Source of the DNA: a virus | IMG/VR virus record: IMGVR_UViG_3300042434_002493 | Span: 1-64,000 of that record | Length of the DNA: 64,000 bases | Strand: one strand, 5' to 3' | Shown here: in pieces, positions 37,537-47,691 of the stretch | How the letters are laid out: the number at the start of each line of letters is the position of its first letter | Numbering within the stretch: the first letter of the stretch is position 1 | Made by a program: the position numbers and the translations under genes | The notes under the pieces: generated by a model | The model's input: only the letters and a program-made list of their open reading frames with translations | Databases searched by the model: none | What the model was told of the DNA's origin: nothing

Positions 37537-39024
37537 ATGAACACCCCCGCTGGCCTGTACCTGCCGCTCACCCCCGACCTCATGCACCTGGTCGGAGGCG
37601 AGCAGGGCCTCAAGGCGATGACCGCCGAAGTCGGCAGCCGCGCCATCAACGTCATGGGCGCCGTCCCCGAGAACCTGGAGATGCAGGCGCACGTCGCCCT
37701 CTGGGATCGCGACGACCTCCGCCTCCTCCGCGAACTGCCGAGCGTGGACGCCGAGAGCATCTCGCACGAGTTCGGCGTCGTGGACTCCTACGGCAACGTG
37801 CAGGGCACCTCCCTGTTCGCGCCCGAGGGCGGTCTCGGCATGCAGACCGGCTACAGCCTGGCCAAGCTCATGACGCGGATCGTCACGCTCCAGCTCGTGA
37901 ACAAGGTGACGGGCACCGCCCGCGCGCAGAAGACCATGTCGGTCCTGGGGAGCACGGATGCGCTCGTGAGCAACCGCGAGGCGATCATGAGGAACTTCCT
38001 CATGGTCAAGTCCATCGCGACGATCCACGCGCGAGCCGGCGCCTCGACCTCGACCCTGCGATTCTCCGGTCTCCTGGAGCAGTTCCAGGTGCGCAACCAG
38101 TCCGCGGACTTCGCGCACCGGCTCTACTCCTGCGACCCGACCCTCGTCATCGACAAGCGCGGCACCTGGATGAACCGATCCGACGTCAAGAGCGCCGGCA
38201 CCCAGATGTACAAGAACGGGTGGGGCAAGCTGAACCGGATCTTCATGACGCCGGAGACGAGCGAGAACTTCCAGGGCGAGGTGGAGACGAACTTCCCCAT
38301 CGAGCGCGCGGACATCAAGGACATCGGCGACAACGGTCTCATCATCGGTGCGACCATCGCCGGCATCCGTCACCAGGGCGGCGTCGCCCTGTTCATGACG
38401 GACAACAGCTTGGACCCGGGCCTCACCCACGGCGAGTTCAAGGGCGATCCCCCGCCCAACAGCCCGGTGCGCCCCGACGCCCCCACCATCGTGACCGCGA
38501 ACAACGTCGCCAACTCGAAGTGGGAAGCCATCGACGTCCCCGCTGACGCGGGCGTGATCAAGTACAAGGTGTGCTTCGAGAACGACTTCGGGCCCAGCCA
38601 GCCCAGCGTCGCGTCGGCCGGGACCAACCCGGTCGCCGGGTGCCGCCAGCGCCTCACGATCAACACCCGCGCCGACGCCAAGAGCGTGAAGATCCTGCGC
38701 AACAGCGCGCAGCGTCCGACCGAGTTCTACGTCATCGGCGAGATCCCCAACAGCGGCGCCGTGCTCACGTTCGACGACCTGAACTGGAAGATCCCCGGTT
38801 CCGCCGTGGCCATCGGCCTGGAGATGATGTACGGCAAGAGCCAGACGAACCGGCTCAACGCCCGCGCCCGGGACAACGCGGTGCGCTTCGCGCAGCTCGA
38901 AGAGATGCACAGCGTCCCCCTCGCCAAGATCGGCGACTTCGACTGGGAGATGATCATCGAGCGCACCGCGCCCGAGCTGGTCCAGAAGCTCCGCATGGTG
39001 GTCTGGGAGAACATCGGCCGCTAG
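37537..39024 (+). CDS. Major capsid protein (SPO1/Twort-like, with Ig-like insertion)
   Basis: Strong AAGGAG RBS; GLK/AMTA N-terminal processing-like site; ENLE, HEF, F.PEGG and PLAKI...MVVWENIG motifs. Confidence 0.88.
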   Translation: MNTPAGLYLPLTPDLMHLVGGEQGLKAMTAEVGSRAINVMGAVPENLEMQAHVALWDRDDLRLLRELPSVDAESISHEFGVVDSYGNVQGTSLFAPEGGLGMQTGYSLAKLMTRIVTLQLVNKVTGTARAQKTMSVLGSTDALVSNREAIMRNFLMVKSIATIHARAGASTSTLRFSGLLEQFQVRNQSADFAHRLYSCDPTLVIDKRGTWMNRSDVKSAGTQMYKNGWGKLNRIFMTPETSENFQGEVETNFPIERADIKDIGDNGLIIGATIAGIRHQGGVALFMTDNSLDPGLTHGEFKGDPPPNSPVRPDAPTIVTANNVANSKWEAIDVPADAGVIKYKVCFENDFGPSQPSVASAGTNPVAGCRQRLTINTRADAKSVKILRNSAQRPTEFYVIGEIPNSGAVLTFDDLNWKIPGSAVAIGLEMMYGKSQTNRLNARARDNAVRFAQLEEMHSVPLAKIGDFDWEMIIERTAPELVQKLRMVVWENIGR

Positions 39025-39079
39025 TCTGCGGCCCTGCACCCTGACCTGAATCGTCGCCGACACCCCGAGGAAGCCGACC

Positions 39080-39862
39080 ATGAAGCACTGTATCATCCGA
39101 GCCCTGCGACCCTTCGAGGGCTCCATCATCTTTGCCCACGTCGAGACGCGATGCCGGGCCGATGGCCTGGTGGAGGCCGTCATGACGGGGCAAACCGAAC
39201 TGCCCATCGAGTGCGCCACGTTCGCGCAGGCGTACTCGCAATTCGAGGTCCAGGTGGTCGATGGCGCCGCCCCGCCTCTGGTCCCCCAGGGGCTCCGCAT
39301 CGCCCAGCCCTGGCACGGCATGGTGCCCACGGTGCCCACCCTGGACGAACTGGTGACGAGCGGCGTCGCCGAGGCCGACGCCGAGGCCATCCGCGACCAC
39401 GAGGCTCGTTGCGCCGAGGCCGGTCTCTGGCCCTACGGTGTCAACCCGCCCCCCGCAATCTGGACGGAGCACCTGGCGCAGCGCGACCCGCCCGTCGAGG
39501 CGCCCGGCGAGGTGTTCACCCCGGAGCCTGGCGAGATTGCCGATCCCGTGGCCTACGAGGCCGCCTTGGCGGCCGGCGCCATCGGGGAGATCCCGGCCGG
39601 CGACCTGCCCGCCGCGGCACCCGCCGCCGAGGACGGCCCCAAGCTCGACCTGCCCGCCGCGGCACCCGCACCCGCCGCGGAACCCGCCGCAGGGGTGTCT
39701 CACTTCGAGGCGCGGCGCGCCGAACTGATGCGCCTCGCCGAGCTTCCCGACCGTGGAGGTGCGCTGCGGGAGATCGTCCGCAACCACAACATGACCGGGG
39801 TCGGCAACGCCAAGACCGAAATGATTGAGGCGATCCTCGCGCAAGAGTTCCCGAACGGGTGA
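39080..39862 (+). CDS. Hypothetical head protein with C-terminal Rho-N/HeH-like motif
   Basis: LREIVRNHNMTGVGNAKTEMIEAIL; contains a 24-bp direct repeat (39601 and 39646). Confidence 0.6.
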   Translation: MKHCIIRALRPFEGSIIFAHVETRCRADGLVEAVMTGQTELPIECATFAQAYSQFEVQVVDGAAPPLVPQGLRIAQPWHGMVPTVPTLDELVTSGVAEADAEAIRDHEARCAEAGLWPYGVNPPPAIWTEHLAQRDPPVEAPGEVFTPEPGEIADPVAYEAALAAGAIGEIPAGDLPAAAPAAEDGPKLDLPAAAPAPAAEPAAGVSHFEARRAELMRLAELPDRGGALREIVRNHNMTGVGNAKTEMIEAILAQEFPNG

Positions 39863-39870
39863 GGTGAGAC

Positions 39871-40365
39871 GTGTCGAACAATCGCGACCCGCATGAACTG
39901 CTCCAGCGGGGATTCCAGGTCCCCGGCGCCGATGCGCTGGCCGTCCGCCAGACGGGCGGCGCGGTGCGTCACGCGCTCCAGAGCGCCAGCCACCAGCGGG
40001 CCGTCGTGGTCGCCGCCGGTGGCAACCTGGGGGACGACGAGCCCGCAGCCCCGACGTCGATTGCCGACCACACCACCACCACGCGCAGCATGGTCAGCGG
40101 TGTCACCGAGCACTTCGACGCGGCGCGCCTGTTTCTGCGCGCACCGGACGGCGGCGCCGCCTTCGAGGCCGACATCGAGGTCTACCGCGTGACCGACCTG
40201 GGGGACATCGTGCGAGCCGGCACGCTGACCGGCGTGCCGGCTCTGACCGAGGTGCGCGATGCCGGAATCGGGCATCGCCGGAGCCTCTACCGCCTCACGA
40301 ACATCACCCTCGACGGCGCCTCCGGGATCACGCTCTGCGTGGCCGGCGAGGGCGCCCCGCTCTAA
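39871..40365 (+). CDS. Hypothetical (virion) protein
   Basis: GAGGTG RBS and GTG start; structural operon context. Confidence 0.6.
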   Translation: MSNNRDPHELLQRGFQVPGADALAVRQTGGAVRHALQSASHQRAVVVAAGGNLGDDEPAAPTSIADHTTTTRSMVSGVTEHFDAARLFLRAPDGGAAFEADIEVYRVTDLGDIVRAGTLTGVPALTEVRDAGIGHRRSLYRLTNITLDGASGITLCVAGEGAPL

Positions 40366-40374
40366 CTGGGGAAG

Positions 40375-40659
40375 ATGCGCCGTCGCAACCCGCCACCGCC
40401 GGCAGCCGCCTCGACCGCCGACGACTGGCAGCGCATCTCTCTCACCGTCGAGTCGGACGATCAGCGAGCGTTCACCCTGGATGCCGCCGCGGCCCTGGAC
40501 GAGGATGGCGACCCGAAGGCACGCATCGAATACAGCGGGGGCACCTACAACGCTCCCGACGATTTCACGACCGCGGGCACCACGCTGACGTGGGCCGGAA
40601 CGATTCCCCTGGTTGTGGGGGAGTCGTTGACCCTCTGGATTGTGCCGCAGCGCACATAA
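40375..40659 (+). CDS. Small beta-rich structural protein
   Basis: DDFTTAGTTLTW...VGESLTLW resembles the C-terminal domain type of the next gene. Confidence 0.55.
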   Translation: MRRRNPPPPAAASTADDWQRISLTVESDDQRAFTLDAAAALDEDGDPKARIEYSGGTYNAPDDFTTAGTTLTWAGTIPLVVGESLTLWIVPQRT

Positions 40660-40678
40660 CAAGCACAGGAGAAGGAAC

Positions 40679-42469
40679 ATGGGGAAGATCAAGGCCAAGC
40701 AGCTCGCGCTCGTCGCGGCATTCGTTTCCGGCACGGGCGGGGCGCTCGACCTCGCGGACGAAGGCATCGCCGCATCGAAGCTGGCGGGCAACATCGGAGC
40801 CGACAAGCTCAGTCAGGCGTTGCTCAACCAGATCGTCACCGGCCAGCGCCAGCGCGAGAGCGTGCTGGTGGAGCAGCAACTCCTCGGCAGCAGCGGGGCG
40901 GGCGTCGCTCCCGCGACGGTGATCAAGATCGCGACGAACCCCAACCAGAACGAGAACATCTACATCAAAAACTCGGAGCAGACCGAGAATTTCGTATTCA
41001 AGAACGCCGAGGCCGCGGCGTTCGACGTGCTCATCGGCGCCAACGCGGATGAGACCGCGGCGAACCTCGCCGCCGCGATCAACGCGGACTCCGCCGGCTG
41101 GTCGGCCGTGGTGAAGACGAACCTGGACGCCATCGCCGGGACCGTCGTCATCATCTACCGCAAGACCACCACGGCCGGCCTCGCCGACCGCGTCTACAAG
41201 CTCACCGGCGGTGGCCTCCGCACCGTCAACTTCGCGGGCGGCCGGTACGACGCGACGGTCAGCTCCGAGGGCGTGATGACCGCCATCGACGCGGACAACC
41301 TCACCACCCTGAGCCCGTCGGACCCGGCGACGGCGACCTTCGGTTTCGGGCGCGTCGCGGCCGATCTCATCGACGGCGATCTGCGCTTCGTGATGGCCGG
41401 CGGCGCTTCGTATGTCTACGACGCGGACGCGGCACAGTGGGACAACGCCGGGGCGGCCATCATCGGCGAGGGCGCGGTCGGGGTGGACGAGATCAGCAGC
41501 GCCATCGCGGGCGCCGGTCTGCTGGGCGGCTCCGGCTCCGCCCTGTCGGTCAACGTGGACGACACGGGCATCGAGATCAGCTCGGATGCCCTTCGCCTGA
41601 AGGACGGCGGCGTCTCGGCCGGCAAGCTGGGCACCAACGCCGTGACGACCGCGAAGATCGCCGACGCGAACGTGACGACGGCGAAGCTCGCCGACGACGG
41701 CGTGACCACGGCGAAGATCCTCGACGCGAACGTGACGACGGCGAAGCTCGCCGACGCGAACGTCACCACGGCGAAGATCGCCGACGCGAACGTGACGACG
41801 GCGAAGCTCGCCGACGACGGCGTGACCACGGCGAAGATCCTCGACGCCAACGTGACGACGGCGAAGCTCGCCGACGCGAACGTGACGACGGCGAAGATCG
41901 CCGACGCGAACGTGACCGCCGCGAAGCTCGCCAGCGACGCCGTGACCACGGCGAAGATCCTCGACGCCAACGTGACGACGGCGAAGCTCGCCGACGCAAA
42001 CGTGACGACGGCCAAGCTCGCCGCGACGTGCGTCACCGCGGCCAAGCTCGGCAGCGACGTTGCCGGCAACGGCCTCACCGGGGGCAACGGCGCGGCCCTC
42101 GCCGTGCTCGCCGCCAACACGTCGGTCAACGTCGCCACTGGCGGCGTCAAGGCCGCCGTGCCCGTCCTGGACGACAAGGCGCGCGCCCCGAGCGGCGCGG
42201 TCACGACGGACGAGGCCACCACCGGGCTCACCATCACGAAGACCCCGGCCGCCGGCAGCTACATCCGCGTGTCGCTCAACGGCGTCGGTGTGGAGCTGGG
42301 CGGCGACAAGACGAAGGACTGTTACTTCAGCGACGACGGAGGCACCACCGCGCGTGCCCTCGCCAGTGTGGTCGCGGGTGACACGCTCTACTGGAATGCC
42401 GTGATCAGCGGTGTCAATCTCTCGACCGACGATGAGATCGACTTCGACTACCTCAACACCACCGCCTGA
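40679..42469 (+). CDS. Head/collar fiber-like protein with VTTAK decapeptide repeats
   Basis: AGGAGAAGG RBS; AGAGL/AGNGL fiber motifs; 14 VTxAK[IL]xxxx repeats. Confidence 0.75.
   Translation: MGKIKAKQLALVAAFVSGTGGALDLADEGIAASKLAGNIGADKLSQALLNQIVTGQRQRESVLVEQQLLGSSGAGVAPATVIKIATNPNQNENIYIKNSEQTENFVFKNAEAAAFDVLIGANADETAANLAAAINADSAGWSAVVKTNLDAIAGTVVIIYRKTTTAGLADRVYKLTGGGLRTVNFAGGRYDATVSSEGVMTAIDADNLTTLSPSDPATATFGFGRVAADLIDGDLRFVMAGGASYVYDADAAQWDNAGAAIIGEGAVGVDEISSAIAGAGLLGGSGSALSVNVDDTGIEISSDALRLKDGGVSAGKLGTNAVTTAKIADANVTTAKLADDGVTTAKILDANVTTAKLADANVTTAKIADANVTTAKLADDGVTTAKILDANVTTAKLADANVTTAKIADANVTAAKLASDAVTTAKILDANVTTAKLADANVTTAKLAATCVTAAKLGSDVAGNGLTGGNGAALAVLAANTSVNVATGGVKAAVPVLDDKARAPSGAVTTDEATTGLTITKTPAAGSYIRVSLNGVGVELGGDKTKDCYFSDDGGTTARALASVVAGDTLYWNAVISGVNLSTDDEIDFDYLNTTA
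41642..42061 (+). repeat. 14 x 30-bp coding tandem repeat with 120-bp higher-order period
   Basis: VTTAKIADAN / VTTAKLADDG / VTTAKILDAN / VTTAKLADAN block occurs about 3 times. Confidence 0.95.
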
Positions 42470-42502
42470 GCCCGCCCGTGAGGCGCGGCAGGAGGAAGCA
42501 CC

Positions 42503-43309
42503 TTGCCGCGCCTCGCCCGCCTCGCCCGCGATCCATTCAATCTCCCAGGCCGCATCGTGAACGACGCGCAAACGTCGTGCAAACCGGCCTCGCGAGTTCT
42601 CGTGTCCGACCCAGCGTTGGTCGCCGCGTTCGGCGTGGCCGGCCGGTGGGACGAGTCGGCCCGCCGCGTCGAGTACGGCGCGGACCCCTCCGAGCCGGGC
42701 GCCATGCTCGACATGGAGACGGCCCTGCGCATCCTGATCAACGAGCTACGCAGGCTCGAACGCGACCGGGCCACCACGGCCCTGTTGCTGCGAGCCATCC
42801 TGAACGGGGCCATCGCCGAGGGCCTGCGGTTGCAGGCGGTCAAGGGCTCGCGCCAACTTCACATGAGCGGGGGCACCGCGATCCTCTTCGAGCGCGACCC
42901 CGTGACCGGCGGCTACGACATCAACCGCTACATGATTCCGGTGCTGAACCCGCTCAAGTTCTACACGGCCTCCGGTTCCGCCCTCATCGACCCGAGCCTG
43001 TTCCACACGCTCCCGAGCGTGTGCGCTGGCGAAGGCCCAGGCGAGATTGTGGCATGGCCCGCCAAGACGTACCGCGTGGACACGCTCGCGCTGATACCCA
43101 AGGGCGAAGACCCGGTGCCCGAGTGGTATCTCTTCCTGGGTCGGCCGACCCAGGCGCGCACCGTGGACGAGATCCCGAGCGTGCCCACGCCCGCCATCCC
43201 GGCAGAGCACGCGGGCGAGTGCCTGCCCCTCTACCGCATCGTGACGCGCCAAGGGGACAAGGGGATCTGGGGGGTCGAGCAGATCGCCAACCGCGTCAAC
43301 GGGGTGTAG
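42503..43309 (+). CDS. Hypothetical (virion) protein
   Basis: AGGAGG RBS and TTG start; structural operon context. Confidence 0.65.
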   Translation: MPRLARLARDPFNLPGRIVNDAQTSCKPASRVLVSDPALVAAFGVAGRWDESARRVEYGADPSEPGAMLDMETALRILINELRRLERDRATTALLLRAILNGAIAEGLRLQAVKGSRQLHMSGGTAILFERDPVTGGYDINRYMIPVLNPLKFYTASGSALIDPSLFHTLPSVCAGEGPGEIVAWPAKTYRVDTLALIPKGEDPVPEWYLFLGRPTQARTVDEIPSVPTPAIPAEHAGECLPLYRIVTRQGDKGIWGVEQIANRVNGV

Positions 43310-43318
43310 GGTAAGGAC

Positions 43319-44818
43319 ATGCCGAAGGTCGGGACCGCCATCACCGTCAGCTTCGCCCTTTTCGAGGCCGACGCCTTCACGCGCCTGACGGGCCGCGCCG
43401 CCGCCGTGGACGTCGAGTTGTGGCGCGCCGACGACGACGGCGGGCGGGTGACGATCTACCGGCGGGACGCCGGTGTCGTGGAGGTTGACGACCTCATCGT
43501 CACCGTCACCGAGACCGCGACGGCCGGCGAGTACGACGCCGTCTTCACCCCGGCGACCGCCGGGCGATACTTCCTGGTGGTCCGCGACGGGCAGAGCCAG
43601 ACGGACCTCGACGAGTCGCCCATCGACGTCACCGCGTTGAGCATCGACGACATCGGGGCGCCGGGCTACCTGGTCGCACTGGACGGGGCCGCCTACGGCA
43701 TCGGCGCCCCCCTGGTGCTCACCTGGCAGTTCCGCTCGAACCGCGCGCCGTACAACGTCGTCGGAGCCCCGGCGATCACCCGCGCCGAGCTGATCGCGCG
43801 CGACGCCGTGACTGTGCTCCAGACGATCCAGGGAGCCGCGTTCGAGGCGCCAAGCCCGACCCTGCGCCGGGCGACGTTCGCCCAGGTCGCCCAGATCGGC
43901 ACCTACTTTGTCCGCCTGATCTTCGCGGGCAACCCCGGCGAGGTCATCGACCGAGTTCCGGTGGACAACCTCGACGCCGAGCCCGTGGCCGGCGTCATGA
44001 GCCTGGCGACGTTCTTCGAGCAGTTCTGCGGGGCGTTCCCTGGAGAGCCGCCCGGACGCGACCTCTTGCGTGGGGACAACGGCGAGCAACTCATCGGCGA
44101 CGAGGGGGTCGCCGCCGCCATCCGCGGCGAGTCCGTCTACGTCGGCCGGCGCATGGGCGTCACGCTGGCCTCGACCCGCTACGCCACCCACCCAGGCGTC
44201 GCCAGCCCCGGAGGCGCTCCCCTGGTGCAGGGCAGCGACTACGACGTCGAGGAGGACCCCTACGACTGGAGCGTCCACAACAGCCTGCGACTGGGCATCT
44301 TGACCCTCCGCCACGGCCCGCTCATCCGCATCAACCGCATCCGCCTGTTCCACGGGCATACGCCCCTGTTCCAGCTCCCGACGCGGTGGGGCGTCATCCG
44401 CCGCAAGGCCGCCGTGGTCGAGATCATCGTGGACCGGGGCGATCTGATCTCCTACGGCGAGAGCGTGCTCGCGCCCGCCGTGACCGGCATGATTCAGAGC
44501 GTGATCGCGTTCAACCGCATGCCCGCCGTCTGGTGCCTCGACTACGAGGCCGGCCTGGAGACGGTGCCCGACGACGTCGTCGCGGTCATCGGCATGCGCG
44601 CCCTGGCCCGCATCCTGACCATCATCGGGACGAAGGCGAACAAGATGGGCGTCTCGTCGCAGAGCACGGGCAAGGACGGACTCTCCCGATCCGTCAGCGT
44701 CACCGCCGACCGCTACCAGCGCATCATGCAGAGCCCGTACATGCAGGCGATGATTTCGGAGGACCAGCTCAACCGGCTCCGAAAGAGCCTCAAGCCCGGG
44801 ATCAAGGTGTTCTCGTGA
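43319..44818 (+). CDS. Head-tail connector/neck protein with N-terminal Ig-like extension
   Basis: C-terminal WCLDYEAG..VPDDVVAVIG...GVSSQSTGKDGLSRS pattern; beta-rich N-terminal half. Confidence 0.6.
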   Translation: MPKVGTAITVSFALFEADAFTRLTGRAAAVDVELWRADDDGGRVTIYRRDAGVVEVDDLIVTVTETATAGEYDAVFTPATAGRYFLVVRDGQSQTDLDESPIDVTALSIDDIGAPGYLVALDGAAYGIGAPLVLTWQFRSNRAPYNVVGAPAITRAELIARDAVTVLQTIQGAAFEAPSPTLRRATFAQVAQIGTYFVRLIFAGNPGEVIDRVPVDNLDAEPVAGVMSLATFFEQFCGAFPGEPPGRDLLRGDNGEQLIGDEGVAAAIRGESVYVGRRMGVTLASTRYATHPGVASPGGAPLVQGSDYDVEEDPYDWSVHNSLRLGILTLRHGPLIRINRIRLFHGHTPLFQLPTRWGVIRRKAAVVEIIVDRGDLISYGESVLAPAVTGMIQSVIAFNRMPAVWCLDYEAGLETVPDDVVAVIGMRALARILTIIGTKANKMGVSSQSTGKDGLSRSVSVTADRYQRIMQSPYMQAMISEDQLNRLRKSLKPGIKVFS

Positions 44819-45105
44819 GCCGCCTCACCCGCGCCATCGGCGCCGCCATCCTGCTTGGGGTCCAGGGCACCCCTCTGCGCCGCCCCGTGGAGACCCGCGC
44901 GTCCCTGGGCCCGCCCGTCGAGGGCCCGCCCACGGGCCGATGCACCTGCGGGGCGGAGATGCTCCCGGCCGAGACTGTCAACGAGCAGGACCCGCGGGCG
45001 TCTCTGGCCGCCTGTGGCGTCGTGCGGTGCCCGAACTGCGGCATGGTGGGGACCGCGCCGGACATCCGCCCGGACGTCGTCGCCGCCCTGCGCCGGGGGA
45101 TCTGA
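44815..45105 (+). CDS. Small zinc-ribbon protein
   Basis: GTGA overlap with the upstream stop; CTCG...CPNCG. Confidence 0.55.
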   Translation: MSRLTRAIGAAILLGVQGTPLRRPVETRASLGPPVEGPPTGRCTCGAEMLPAETVNEQDPRASLAACGVVRCPNCGMVGTAPDIRPDVVAALRRGI

Positions 45106-45107
45106 CC

Positions 45108-45827
45108 GTGTTGCCGTGGCCGCCGTTTCCTCACGGCCTGGTGCTCGACGGCGCCGACTTCGACGACCAGCTCACGCGCAACGACGGCGAGGCGACCCTG
45201 GTTCGGCGCGCCGTGACCTGCACCTGTATCACCCACGGTGGCCGACAGGTGGCCACCTGCGCGCTCTGTAACGGGTTCGGGTGGCGCTACCCCGAGGAGT
45301 TGACGCTCCCCGATCTCATGGTCCAGTGGGTCGGCCCCAACCCCAAGCACCAGATCATCCCCGGCGGCAGTCACGACGGCGCCGACTACGGCGTGACGTG
45401 GCCTTCGACCCAGCCGCTTGGGGTGGGCGACGTGTTCGTCCACCCCCACGAGGAGGGCGTCACCGACGAGTCCCTGCGGCGTGGCATGCAGGACCCGACC
45501 GGGGCCACGCTGGAGCGACTTCGCTACCACTTCCCGACCGTGCTGGAGGACGTGCGCGACAGCACGCGCCGGTACACGCGCGGGGTCGAGTTCGACCTGG
45601 GGGAGGACGGGCGCACCGTCGAGTGGGTCGTTGGCCAACCCGCGCCGGCCGAGGGCGCCGCCTACACGATCCGCTATCGGCACCGCTCCGAGTACGTGAT
45701 CTTCAAGGAGCCCGCGAAGGCTCGCCACGACGTCGCGAACGTGCTCCCATTCACCGCCCGTGTGACCCGCCTGGTGCCGATGGGGCGCCAGCAGGGAACC
45801 CAACTGACCGAGGGCGTCGAGCCGTGA
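45108..45827 (+). CDS. Head-closure/neck protein (SPO1-like, Cys motif)
   Basis: RRAVTCTC...CALCNGFGWRY and GVEFDL...VEW...YTIRY. Confidence 0.65.
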   Translation: MLPWPPFPHGLVLDGADFDDQLTRNDGEATLVRRAVTCTCITHGGRQVATCALCNGFGWRYPEELTLPDLMVQWVGPNPKHQIIPGGSHDGADYGVTWPSTQPLGVGDVFVHPHEEGVTDESLRRGMQDPTGATLERLRYHFPTVLEDVRDSTRRYTRGVEFDLGEDGRTVEWVVGQPAPAEGAAYTIRYRHRSEYVIFKEPAKARHDVANVLPFTARVTRLVPMGRQQGTQLTEGVEP

Positions 45828-46843
45828 CCAACTTCCCCGCCTACGTCATCGACGTTGACCTTCCGCAGGCCGAAAGCGGGGCGCCCGTCGAGTTCCGCGC
45901 GTTGCGCGCCGCCGTCTTCCAGGCGGGGCAGTTCATCAAGGCCGCCTGGTTGCGCGCCGCCGACGGGCAGGTCGTCAACCGTTCGAGCGGCGACTACATC
46001 GCCGGCCTGCGGGGCGCCGGCAGTCTCCGCTACCCCCTGGACGGCGACCGCTTCGCCGTGGGCGTCTTCAACGTCGCCCGCCACGCCGCGGTCATCGAGG
46101 ACGGCCACCCCGCGTTCAACCTCGCCACGGCAATCGACTGGGGCAACACCCCCAAGAGCAAGCCGACGAAGGCAGGGTCCTGGTACATCGTGATCCCGTT
46201 CCGGCACTACACCCCGCCCCGGAACGGCGAGGGCGCGACGGTGTCGCGTTTCAAGAAGTCGATGCCCGCGGCGGTCCACCGGGTCGCGAAGAAGCTCGAA
46301 CCGGGCGAGCACATGACGTTCCGCGACCGAGAGAGCCACGAGAAGGTGGCCGACGTCACAGCGGGGCGCCACGGCGCCATCAAACTCGGCGAGCGCCGCA
46401 TCGGTCCCGGGGGCGGGCGCTACCTGCACGTCACCTCGGCAGCCGCCCGATCCGCAGCGTTCGCCGGACGCACCGAGGTGGACGCGGGCGGTGGCAAGAC
46501 GGTCATCCGCCACCCCGGCCAGATCAAGAGCCCCGCCAGCCACCGGGCCCACGTCCAGCACTGGAAGGACACCGGCAAGGACGGCCCCGAGCCCAGCGCC
46601 GCGCGCAAAGCGTGGAGCATCTACGAGGGCATGGTGAAAAGCGGGTCGAAGGGGCACACCCAGTACATGACGTTCCGGGTCATCACTCCCAGGTCGAACT
46701 GGTGGATTCCTGCCCGCCGCGGGTTGCGGGTTGCCGAGGCCGTCCACGCCCAGACCGCGCCGACAGTCCGGGCCATGTTCCAGAGCGCCTTCCGCCAGGA
46801 CGTCGAGCGCGCGCTGGCGCGAGCCCTCAGCGGAGCCGCGTGA
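45824..46843 (+). CDS. Neck/tail-completion protein
   Basis: IEDGHPAFNL, GSWYIVIPFRH, YEGMVK, QYMTFRVI..SNWWIP pattern; position. Confidence 0.6.
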   Translation: MTNFPAYVIDVDLPQAESGAPVEFRALRAAVFQAGQFIKAAWLRAADGQVVNRSSGDYIAGLRGAGSLRYPLDGDRFAVGVFNVARHAAVIEDGHPAFNLATAIDWGNTPKSKPTKAGSWYIVIPFRHYTPPRNGEGATVSRFKKSMPAAVHRVAKKLEPGEHMTFRDRESHEKVADVTAGRHGAIKLGERRIGPGGGRYLHVTSAAARSAAFAGRTEVDAGGGKTVIRHPGQIKSPASHRAHVQHWKDTGKDGPEPSAARKAWSIYEGMVKSGSKGHTQYMTFRVITPRSNWWIPARRGLRVAEAVHAQTAPTVRAMFQSAFRQDVERALARALSGAA

Positions 46844-47691
46844 TGGAGCGCACCCTCATGCGCCTCATCGAAGGGGGCCTGGACAGCCTCCGCGGCAATC
46901 CAGGCGCCATGCTCGCCGCCATCGTGGGCGAGGAGCCATACGAGCTGACGGGGACCGTCACGGGCATCGACGGGGCCGTGCTCACCGACACCGATCAGGC
47001 GTGGGTCTACGACGTCTTCGGCCGCCAGGCGAGCAACGGAACGCCTCGACCAGCATGCGCGCTGACCTTCCTCGACGGCGCCGCCGTGGGCGAGGTCTTC
47101 GAGGTGGTCGAGGTGGACGGACAGCAGCTTGAGGCTGGCGAAGACCTCGAAGCGGCCGGTGTCGCCGTCGGCGACCGCTACCAGATCCTCCGCCCAGAGG
47201 ACATGGCCGCTCAAGAGTGGGTCACGACTCGTGCGTTGCGGGTGACCATCGAGTACCCCGTCGAGGCCGAGCAACTGCCCTGTTACGTCGTGAGGCCGGG
47301 CCCAGCGAACAAGCTCCCCGTGGACGCCATTGGGCGCGTCCACGCCGAGCACGAGGACGCGAGCGGCGTCGCGCGCGTCGAGCGTCACCCCTGGCATCGC
47401 CAGTACCAGATCGAGATCGTGTCGGTGTCCGAGGACGAGCTGCTTTGGATGAGCGCGGCCCTCGAACGCATCCTCGAAGAGTCGTCGTTCTTCTTCGAGC
47501 GCCTGTTCGAGCCTGGTTTCGACATCCAGGGCAGCCCGATCATGCGCACCGAGGACGTACAGCCCACCGGGGCGTTCAACCGCACCTACACGATTTCGGG
47601 CGTGAAGCTCCGATTCCTCACCAGGAGACCCGCATGGACGAACGGCCCACCCCCACTGGCAGCTCCCCGCCCGATCCGCGTCCGCCCGTGA
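46843..47691 (+). CDS. Putative tail terminator
   Basis: Position before the sheath; TGATG coupling. Confidence 0.5.
   Translation: MERTLMRLIEGGLDSLRGNPGAMLAAIVGEEPYELTGTVTGIDGAVLTDTDQAWVYDVFGRQASNGTPRPACALTFLDGAAVGEVFEVVEVDGQQLEAGEDLEAAGVAVGDRYQILRPEDMAAQEWVTTRALRVTIEYPVEAEQLPCYVVRPGPANKLPVDAIGRVHAEHEDASGVARVERHPWHRQYQIEIVSVSEDELLWMSAALERILEESSFFFERLFEPGFDIQGSPIMRTEDVQPTGAFNRTYTISGVKLRFLTRRPAWTNGPPPLAAPRPIRVRP

Noticed and set aside
38470-38790. Ig-like insertion in the major capsid protein as a novelty
   Set aside because: Comparable insertions are typical of SPO1/Twort-like capsid proteins.
41642-42061. Possible CRISPR array
   Set aside because: Contiguous in-frame coding repeats with no unique spacers and no cas genes.
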